From an uncultured Arenicella sp. (lineage in GTDB: Bacteria; Pseudomonadota; Gammaproteobacteria; Arenicellales; Arenicellaceae): 24,000 nucleotides of DNA. How positions within the stretch are numbered: the stretch's first letter is position 1; each line of letters opens with the position of its first letter. The DNA lies in contig CALJWL010000058.1 in NCBI GenBank assembly GCA_937974565.1, forward strand, positions 12,567 to 36,566. Reading direction: 5' to 3'. Made by a program: the position numbers and the translations under genes. Positions 17,264 to 24,000 of the stretch are shown piece by piece. The notes under the pieces were generated by a model, which saw only the letters and a program-made list of their open reading frames with translations, did no database searches and was not told the origin of the DNA.

Positions 17264-18220
17264 ATGGAACTCTCCACCCCTTTTATCAAACTGCCATTTC
17301 TTTTTGATGCTGATCGGCTCAGTCAAGAAGTGCAACAATTTGAGGCCAACACATGGATGGCTCACCCCAATCGAATCAATGGCAATAGCGCCATTGCGCT
17401 GATATCGCACCGCGGTGACGATAATAATGACTTTTCTGGACGCATGCGCCCAACTCAGCATCTTGTCCAATGTGAATATATTCAGCAAGTAATGGCCAGT
17501 TTTGGAGAAGTGTTAGCTCGCTCTCGCTTGATGCGCTTGGCGGCCCAATCAGAAGTTACGGCGCATGTGGACTTCAATTATCATTGGTATAACCGTGTGC
17601 GCATCCACATTCCCGTCATCACTAATCCTGATGTTGTGTTTTACTGCGGCAACGAACAACGGCATATGCAAGCTGGCGAATGTTGGATTTTCGATTCGTG
17701 GCGCCGACATAAAGTGACGAATACCAGCGACTTAGATCGAGTGCATTTGGTGATCGACACAGCCGGTTCATCTCGATTCTGGAACATGGTCGACCTGGCC
17801 GCCAGCGGCAACGTCAAAACCAAATCAATCCCATACAAAGTTGGTGTGAAAAAGAATGTTAAAACTGAGAGATTCAATGTTGCACCGGTAATGGCGCCTG
17901 GTGAATTAGAAGCCATTGCAAAAGAATTGATGGCGGACATATTGGCAAACCCTCAGAACGAGAAAAACATTGCTAACGAATACCACGTATTACTCAGAAA
18001 CTTAGCGAAGGATTGGCGAGAAGTTTGGCATCAATTTGGTTGCACCCGCGCGGGCCATAAACACTATCAAGCCTTGTTAAATCGCACGGTAAAAAGCTTG
18101 CATGCGAACCCACGTGTGCTTGTCACCCACAGCAACAACGTGGGCATCAACCCGATTATCATGCAACGCATACTGCGTGCTGCGCTTAACTCAGATCAAC
18201 TAGGCTTGTTCTTTGAATAA
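17264..18220 (+). CDS. Aspartyl/asparaginyl beta-hydroxylase-like (AspH/LpxO/OlsC-family cupin, Fe(II)/2-oxoglutarate oxygenase) domain protein, standalone paralog
   Basis: 318 aa. Has AHVD ... NRVRIHIPV ... CWIFDSWRRHKV ... RVHLVIDT, an H-x-D...H triad in a cupin context. It is colinear over its full length with the N-terminal ~330 aa of the 19280-21211 product. The aligned N-termini support both start codons. No signal peptide. Confidence 0.75.
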   Translation: MELSTPFIKLPFLFDADRLSQEVQQFEANTWMAHPNRINGNSAIALISHRGDDNNDFSGRMRPTQHLVQCEYIQQVMASFGEVLARSRLMRLAAQSEVTAHVDFNYHWYNRVRIHIPVITNPDVVFYCGNEQRHMQAGECWIFDSWRRHKVTNTSDLDRVHLVIDTAGSSRFWNMVDLAASGNVKTKSIPYKVGVKKNVKTERFNVAPVMAPGELEAIAKELMADILANPQNEKNIANEYHVLLRNLAKDWREVWHQFGCTRAGHKHYQALLNRTVKSLHANPRVLVTHSNNVGINPIIMQRILRAALNSDQLGLFFE

Positions 18221-18271
18221 CGCACCACTCAACCTAATGAACCCTTATTAGACCAGCCCTTTTTGGAAAGC

Positions 18272-19132
18272 ATGAAGATCAATAAAGTGTCGGCCTTCTC
18301 TGACAACCAACGCGGGGGAAACCCTGCCGGTGTGACGGTGCTTGAGGGCATGCCAAGTGAGGCAGACATGCAAGCCATAGCGGCCGACGTTGGTTTTTCT
18401 GAAACCGTGTTCTCTGCCCCAGATGCAACCGCAACTCATGGCACAACGCCCGATTCAACGGTCTGGCGAGTACGATACTTTTCCCCTCAACACGAGGTGG
18501 CGTTTTGTGGCCACGCCACCATCGCATTAGGAGCTGTTTTAGCAAAACACCACGGTCAACGCACGTTCAATCTGCGGCTCAATCACACTGAGATTAGTGT
18601 TGATGGCTTTGAAAGAAATGGCCAATACTCGGCCGCTTTTCAATCACCAAAAACGTACTCATTGGCGGTAGAACCCAATCACATATCCGATGCTCTCAAG
18701 CTGTTTGGGTTGCAAGACTCGCAGTTGGATAAGCGCATACCCCCAGCGATTATAAATGCCGGTGTAAACCATTTACTGCTTAACCTCATGGATCACGAGA
18801 CATTAAGGCAAATGAGGTATGACCTAGAGGCAGGCAAAGCCTTTATGCAACATTTAGGCGTTACCACCGTAATGCTGGTATTTAAGCAAAACGATCACCA
18901 GTACCATGCACGCAACGCCTTCGCACCCGGTGGGGTATACGAAGACCCCGCCACCGGTGCGGCGGCCGCCGCGTTTGCAGGGTATTTACGAGACTCTCTT
19001 GGACAAGGTGCGGGGCAACTAGAAATAACACAAGGTGAGGACATGGGCTTTAAGTCCATCATTAATGCTTCATTTACATCGCAAAAAGCCAGCTCTGTTC
19101 GTATTGCTGGTGCAACGCACGTATTGCCTTGA
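18272..19132 (+). CDS. PhzF-family (diaminopimelate-epimerase fold) isomerase-like protein
   Basis: MKINKVSAFSDNQRGGNPAGV ... FCGHATIALG ... FAPGGVYEDPATGAAAAAFAGYL is typical of PhzF/YddE proteins. The ORF track starts at a TTG at 18263; I prefer the ATG at 18272. Confidence 0.85.
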   Translation: MKINKVSAFSDNQRGGNPAGVTVLEGMPSEADMQAIAADVGFSETVFSAPDATATHGTTPDSTVWRVRYFSPQHEVAFCGHATIALGAVLAKHHGQRTFNLRLNHTEISVDGFERNGQYSAAFQSPKTYSLAVEPNHISDALKLFGLQDSQLDKRIPPAIINAGVNHLLLNLMDHETLRQMRYDLEAGKAFMQHLGVTTVMLVFKQNDHQYHARNAFAPGGVYEDPATGAAAAAFAGYLRDSLGQGAGQLEITQGEDMGFKSIINASFTSQKASSVRIAGATHVLP

Positions 19133-19279
19133 TGCATCGCAACGATGGCTTCTTTTTTGCTCTGAACTTACAACCAACACCAGGTTAAAAAGTTACGCAC
19201 ATTTCCTGTGGATAACTTTGTGAGTAATTCCTAAGACCACTGACGCTGAGTAGAAAAACGCAGATTGATTAATATTTAA

Positions 19280-21211
19280 TCAACGCTTTTTATTAGAGAA
19301 GCGATCATGAAAATCGTTAATACGTTGCTGAACACTCACGTACTCCGTTTGAACGCCCAGCAGTGTGTCTTGATGTCGTAACCATTTATCAGTGCGGGGT
19401 TGGGTCAATGCATATTTGGAGTTTGGAAAGCCGGTTCGAGCGTACGATTGCATTTTCGGTCCAAATGGTGCTTTTATAAAGCCGCACACCGCCTTCAGTG
19501 TCTCGAATGGGGTTTCAAGCAACTCTTCATAACTCAAACAGTAAATGTCTTGCTGCGCTGTATTGAACAACTCTGACTGAAAATCATCCATAATTTGTCG
19601 ATTGGTTTGCGCCCATTGAAAAGCCGCAACTTCGGCAAGGCTGCGCCCTATTTTTTCACGCCAACCCTCAACTAACAATAATGACCATGATACACCCGTC
19701 CACTTTGGTAACTGTTGATAAGTAACAAACTTACCCGACTCCCATGCGTCTATCATGCTGCCAATATTAGGCTCAGCTTGGCGATGCAAATAAATAAATT
19801 TAGCATCCGGGAACATTCGTTTAAAGAAAGGAAGACGTAAAGCATTCTTAGGTGTTTTCTCTAAAAAACGAACGGCAGAAGGCTGAAAATCTGGCGGCAT
19901 ATCAGCGTAAGGCGCGCAGCGCGAGTTTTGCAGTCGATGCATAAAAGCGTCCATGATTTGTTCGCCAACCTCACGGTTAAAATCACTCTCATCCAAACGA
20001 TTGGAATGAAAGCCTCGATTGAGCGGGTTTAGTGTGGCGATCGACTCGATTTCCTGATGTGCTTCATCGCCCATGCTCCAAAGGTCTTTATTAAACTTAA
20101 GCGCTTCAAACAACATGGTGCTGCCCGAGCGTGGAGCGCCCACAATAAACACCGGCGCCTCAAATTTGGGTGTCTTACCCTTATAACTTGAGTTCTCCAT
20201 CACGCTTATCTTCAAAACTTTTGATTGCGCGGCTTCTTTGTCTACAGCCAAGTCTAACCAATTGTTGATCACGTGATGGGCGGGCACACCATTACTCTTT
20301 AAGAACACGCTGCGTAATGGGTTTTTAAGTTCACTTTTGACGGTCTCGATTAAGGTTAAATACCGTTGAATACCTTCTGAAGTATCCAAATATTGCGCCC
20401 AATAGCCTCTCCAGTCACGGCATAGGGCTACTAGCTCAGCTTGAATTCTTGCAAACACACTTGCGTCGCTCATCGATTCGATTTCAATCAGAAAATCACG
20501 CACCAGTGCTTCAATTTCATCAGGCGATCGTACGGAAACCACATTGTATCTTTCAAACGGAAGTTCCAACGTGGGCGCTCGTTCGTCAAACTCAAGGTGT
20601 TTTACGCTTTTAGCCCAATCCGCCAGTGAGCTATTGTCGTTGCCATTGGGGTCCCAGCCATTGTCAGCCAAACACCAAAAATTCGCCGTACCAACTGTGT
20701 CAATCACCAAATGAATGCGATGGATGTCCGATTGATTAATAACCGCGTGTTCACGCCAATTGTCAAATATCCACGCTTCGCCGGCACGTTTATGCACGTT
20801 CACTTGAGGCTTATCAGAGGTGGACATCGAAGAAAAAACTATTCGCGGATCAGTCACAATGGGAATGTGTATTCTGACTCGGTTACGCCACGTGTAATCG
20901 GTATCGCTGTGCGCCGGAACGCCTTTACCTGGGGCCAAACGCATAAAGCGTGACCGCCCAATGATCGTCTCAAATGACGCCATAATTTGTTGAATATAGG
21001 GGCATTTCCCCAGAGCTGCAGTGGCTTTCATCTCGCCGATGTAAGCATAACTACGGTCACCGTTTTTTGACACCAAATTAAGGGCTGTATTTCCGTCGTA
21101 TCTTTGCGGGTGATAATCCCACTCGTATTCCGAAAATTGCTTGGCTTCGTGAGCCAACCTCTGAACATCAAAACTGAGAGGTAAGCGAATAAATTCAGAC
21201 TTAAGGCGCAT
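19280..21211 (-). CDS. Fusion protein: an N-terminal AspH-like oxygenase module (aa 1 to ~330) and a C-terminal PAPS-type sulfotransferase domain (aa ~345-643)
   Basis: 643 aa. The N-terminus has AHSD ... NRVRIHIPIV ... AWIFDNWREHAV ... RIHLVIDT. The C-terminus has the 5'-PSB P-loop VFIVGAPRSGSTMLFEAL (about nt 20160-20110) and an R...S block IYLHRQAEPNIGSMIDAW. No signal peptide. Confidence 0.8.
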   Translation of the reverse strand: MRLKSEFIRLPLSFDVQRLAHEAKQFSEYEWDYHPQRYDGNTALNLVSKNGDRSYAYIGEMKATAALGKCPYIQQIMASFETIIGRSRFMRLAPGKGVPAHSDTDYTWRNRVRIHIPIVTDPRIVFSSMSTSDKPQVNVHKRAGEAWIFDNWREHAVINQSDIHRIHLVIDTVGTANFWCLADNGWDPNGNDNSSLADWAKSVKHLEFDERAPTLELPFERYNVVSVRSPDEIEALVRDFLIEIESMSDASVFARIQAELVALCRDWRGYWAQYLDTSEGIQRYLTLIETVKSELKNPLRSVFLKSNGVPAHHVINNWLDLAVDKEAAQSKVLKISVMENSSYKGKTPKFEAPVFIVGAPRSGSTMLFEALKFNKDLWSMGDEAHQEIESIATLNPLNRGFHSNRLDESDFNREVGEQIMDAFMHRLQNSRCAPYADMPPDFQPSAVRFLEKTPKNALRLPFFKRMFPDAKFIYLHRQAEPNIGSMIDAWESGKFVTYQQLPKWTGVSWSLLLVEGWREKIGRSLAEVAAFQWAQTNRQIMDDFQSELFNTAQQDIYCLSYEELLETPFETLKAVCGFIKAPFGPKMQSYARTGFPNSKYALTQPRTDKWLRHQDTLLGVQTEYVSVQQRINDFHDRFSNKKR

Positions 21212-21231
21212 AAAACCGGCTCAAGCGAATA

Positions 21232-23244
21232 CTAAGCGGCTTCAAAGGGGTAACGAGCAAGCACATCATCACCAAGCGCGTCGATTAACGGTTTTAGGTG
21301 GCGTTCAAAGTTTCGCCATTGCTCTAGCCCAGTTTTATAAATCGGCTGACGCACCTGCTCTGAACTCGGGGTTCGCACGTTACGTTCAGTTTTATAAAAC
21401 TCCAAGCAAGATTCTTCAAACGGCAAGCCACAAAAGTCTAAAATTTTTCTTACCTGAAATTCTAAGTCGTTAACAACGTCCTCATGCTGCACCCTCAAAA
21501 CAAAACCTGGCAACACGGCATCCCAGTGATCCATTAACTCAACGTAGTTTTTGTAATAGTCTCCAATCTCTTGCAAGCCATAAGTGAACTCTTGTCCTTC
21601 AGCAAACAGTTGTTTGAAACCACTGAAACAACACGCCATTGGGTGGCGCCTAGCGTCAATCACTTTGGCGTTTGGCAGTATTAATTTAATCAAGCCGACA
21701 TGCATAAAGTTATTCGGCATTTTATCGATAAAGAACGCCGCACCTTGCCTGAAAACATGCGTTTCTTCTATGTATTGCTCACCAAATTTGGCGAAGTAAT
21801 CCGTTTCAAGAGTGGCGAGTATTTTCGGGTATTGCGGCTCAGCGCCCTCTTCCAGTGAGTCTCTGCCGCGCAGGCGGCGACTCAAACTAAGAATATTAGG
21901 CAACTCTAGCGTACCGTCAACTTGAGAATGAGACGCCAGAATTTGCTCCAGCAGCGTTGAACCTGCGCGTGGCAACCCTAAAATGAAGATCGGGTCTGGC
22001 GCTGAATGGCCGACATCACTTAAGCGTTCAAACAGCGCTTTAGTGCAATTATTTTTCTGATACTGAACTCGCTTTGTCACTTCAGGGGATTGGTAGTTTA
22101 AGATTTCTTTATTTAAGCGATTGCCTTCACCATAAGCTCGGAATGCAAGATCGTATTCTTTTCGATCTTCGTAGGCTTTTCCAAGAGCAAAATTAAAATG
22201 CACTTTATCAATGGCGGAGGTTTCTTCACGTTCTTTATAGTCAAGCATGTGCGTGACTTCATCGTCTGAAAATTCATACGCCTTTGTGTTCGCCAAACTC
22301 CAAAACGCGTCACCGTAATCTGGCTGTAGCTCATACAAACGTTGATAACATTCAATTGCGGCCGGGAGATTACCAAGGGTTTTTTCAGCGTGGCCGCACA
22401 GAAGATACGCATGATGAAGGTTATACCCTTGAGCAATCAGCGTTCGGTACAAATCAACCGCCGATTGAGTTTCACCGACGCCCGCTAACGCAGAGGCGTA
22501 CAGACCTTGAAATTGCAACACGTCTGGTTGTTCGTTTATTAATGCCAGTGCAATCTCATGCGCAGCACCAAACTTCTGCCGCTTAATCAATACATTGGCG
22601 TAGTCAAAACGGGCCCCCACATGATCTGGCGCAAAGGTTACCGCGCTTTCTAAGATAAACTCCGCATCATCTAAAATTTTCGCACGTTGAGCTATTTCAG
22701 CCAGCAAACGCATGCCTTCTATGTCTTGCTTGTTTTGCTGCATGTACTGTCGACATGCTTGATCAGCTGAATCAATGTCATCTCGATTCAAGAAACTTTT
22801 CACGGCTTGCAAGGCCGGGTGCAATGCCTCTAACTGTTTAATTTCAAGGCGTGCTTGTAATGCACCCTCAGGGTTCGCGTTTTCCTCATGCAACGCTTTT
22901 AACGCACGCCAACTGCCTATTAACGCCGAGTCAACCGACACCGCCCTCTCGAATGCCTCAATCGCAGCACGAGCATTGCCTTGTTGCCTGAAGATATGGC
23001 CAACTTCTTGGTGCGCACGTGCAAAACTTGGGTCTTGAAGAACAATACTTTGCAACTGGCTGACTGCTTTTTGAGGCTGCCCTAAACGCCTTAAACACAC
23101 GGCTCTTACGTACGCCGCTTCAACGTTTTCTACAACAAGGGCATTCAATGAGTCTAAGGTTGCCAGGGCCGCCTTAAACTGGCCTGCCTTGGCGAGTTCT
23201 GTGGCTTTATTAATGACGGTGGCTTGGTCGTGCATTGCGGTCAT
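21232..23244 (-). CDS. Tetratricopeptide-repeat (about 400 aa) plus sulfotransferase (about 250 aa) fusion protein
   Basis: 670 aa. The N-terminal part has repeated TPR-like A-x-x-x-[FY]-x-x-A helix pairs. The C-terminus has IFILGLPRAGSTLLEQILASH (5'-PSB, about nt 21990-21950) and VIDARRHPMACCFSGFKQ (3'-PB-like). It ends 20 nt before the next gene's ATG, so the two are probably co-transcribed. Confidence 0.85.
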   Translation of the reverse strand: MTAMHDQATVINKATELAKAGQFKAALATLDSLNALVVENVEAAYVRAVCLRRLGQPQKAVSQLQSIVLQDPSFARAHQEVGHIFRQQGNARAAIEAFERAVSVDSALIGSWRALKALHEENANPEGALQARLEIKQLEALHPALQAVKSFLNRDDIDSADQACRQYMQQNKQDIEGMRLLAEIAQRAKILDDAEFILESAVTFAPDHVGARFDYANVLIKRQKFGAAHEIALALINEQPDVLQFQGLYASALAGVGETQSAVDLYRTLIAQGYNLHHAYLLCGHAEKTLGNLPAAIECYQRLYELQPDYGDAFWSLANTKAYEFSDDEVTHMLDYKEREETSAIDKVHFNFALGKAYEDRKEYDLAFRAYGEGNRLNKEILNYQSPEVTKRVQYQKNNCTKALFERLSDVGHSAPDPIFILGLPRAGSTLLEQILASHSQVDGTLELPNILSLSRRLRGRDSLEEGAEPQYPKILATLETDYFAKFGEQYIEETHVFRQGAAFFIDKMPNNFMHVGLIKLILPNAKVIDARRHPMACCFSGFKQLFAEGQEFTYGLQEIGDYYKNYVELMDHWDAVLPGFVLRVQHEDVVNDLEFQVRKILDFCGLPFEESCLEFYKTERNVRTPSSEQVRQPIYKTGLEQWRNFERHLKPLIDALGDDVLARYPFEAA

Positions 23245-23418
23245 AATTCGATCAAAGGTGATGGTTGCGGTTATGAAATGCTTACGAATATAGAGGTCAG
23301 ACTGTTATCAAGAGTAATTTAAACCAAAGACGGTCAAGAACGCCCAAAAGGTTAAAAAACGCCCATAAGCGCCTCACTCACCCCAGCCTGATAAAACAAA
23401 TTTTAACAAGATAATTCA

Positions 23419-23447
23419 TAAAAAAGGCGAGCCTCACGGCTCGCCTT
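23419..23447 (-). terminator. Rho-independent terminator of the TonB-dependent receptor gene
   Basis: On the minus strand: AAGGCGAGCC-gtga-GGCTCGCCTT followed by TTTTTTATG. This is a 10-bp GC-rich stem. Confidence 0.85.
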
Positions 23448-23543
23448 ATAGCGCTTACGGATCAAATATAACAAACGTTAACCACTTTGAACCGTTTACA
23501 GCAATACGAATGTACGCTAAGTAACGCTTTCCACTGTCAACGC

Positions 23544-24000
23544 TTAGTTATAATCCCAACGAAAGCGTAAGCCAACGGTTCGTGGGCGCGTGACAGAAAC
23601 ACGTGGCACATAGTCAAATGTGCTGATATTGACAATGCCGTCCTCGTCAAACAAGTTGTTGATAAATAACTCAACCCCCCAGTTGTCTTTGTCAATACCC
23701 GCTGACACGTTGACCAAGGAGTATGATTCCTGAATATAACGGCCGTTTTGGAAAAAGGAGCCGTCGGGCGTTAAGCCAAATGAACCCGGAGTCGCTACCC
23801 TTGAAGCACCAAACGTGCCACCTTCGTTCTGGATAGTTAAGCCCGTACCTCGGCCGTACAAACGACGAGTGGTGTCTTCAACAAAATTGGCGTTACCAAC
23901 GATGCCTGAGAAGCTATCACCGGTGTAAACCACACCGGCTTGGACAAACGCATCAGCACCAAAACTGTCGAAGCGAAAATCGTATCTACCACGCAGATTG
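23544..24000 (-). CDS. TonB-dependent outer-membrane receptor, C-terminal part; the 5' end lies outside the window
   Basis: The frame stays open upstream of the ORF track's GTG at 23933 through to 24000 (...NLRGRYDFRFDSFGADAFVQAGVVYTGD...). It shows the alternating beta-strand pattern and a C-terminal barrel-closing segment, VSVTRPRTVGLRFRWDYN. Confidence 0.8.
   Translation of the reverse strand, partial: NLRGRYDFRFDSFGADAFVQAGVVYTGDSFSGIVGNANFVEDTTRRLYGRGTGLTIQNEGGTFGASRVATPGSFGLTPDGSFFQNGRYIQESYSLVNVSAGIDKDNWGVELFINNLFDEDGIVNISTFDYVPRVSVTRPRTVGLRFRWDYN

Noticed and set aside
17240-17488. 82-aa minus-strand ORF overlapping the start of the oxygenase gene. Also the minus-strand ORFs at 17641-17940, 18248-18439, 18279-18545 and 18895-19137.
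   Set aside because: All are antisense to plus-strand genes with clear family motifs (AspH-like, PhzF), and none has motifs or a ribosome-binding site of its own.
19131-19283. Terminators in the convergent PhzF / fusion-gene gap. One is CATCG-caa-CGATG followed by a T-run on the plus strand. The other is the AT-only palindrome TTGATTAA-tat-TTAATCAA, which overlaps the minus-strand stop.
   Set aside because: The stems are only 5 bp or purely A/T, which is too weak to annotate with confidence from sequence alone.
22113-22586. Nested ORFs 22113-22436 (-) and 22284-22586 (+), plus similar ones at 21584-21799, 22775-23038, 20441-20629 and 20711-20953.
   Set aside because: They lie inside, and out of frame with or antisense to, the long TPR-sulfotransferase and oxygenase-sulfotransferase genes, whose frames carry the recognisable motifs.
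16426-23244. The idea that the oxygenase/sulfotransferase cluster is a tRNA-integrated genomic island.
   Set aside because: The cluster lies on the 5' (promoter) side of the tRNA array, not at a tRNA 3' end. No integrase, transposase or duplicated tRNA 3' fragment was seen anywhere in the window.

Overview
Gammaproteobacteria-like chromosomal window with about 14 protein genes, 3 tRNAs, no mobile elements and no CRISPR. Left to right: (1) 1-3806 (-), the 5' part of a very large secreted repeat-domain surface protein. It is absent from the ORF track because its stop lies outside the window; it has a DUF11-type module plus at least 7 tandem ~390-nt modules. (2) 4195-7973 (-), a same-strand block: periplasmic YHS-domain protein, an OlsB/OlsA-like aminolipid acyltransferase pair, and a translationally overlapped DinB-like/NRDE (TANGO2-family) pair. 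(3) 8242-16193, housekeeping genes: rsmE, rsmJ, fabV, ppiD (-) and a 908-aa M16 zinc peptidase (+). (4) 16426-16890 (-), a tRNA-Val(UAC)-Asp(GUC)-Asp(GUC) array with a stringent-type promoter. (5) 17264-24000, the most unusual region. It holds two paralogous aspartyl/asparaginyl-beta-hydroxylase-like cupin proteins (one fused to a sulfotransferase domain), a TPR-sulfotransferase fusion and a PhzF-fold isomerase, next to a TonB-dependent receptor. I interpret this as an uncharacterised cytoplasmic hydroxylation/sulfation tailoring system with no substrate gene visible in the window. All functional calls rest on motif recognition by eye; no database search was run.
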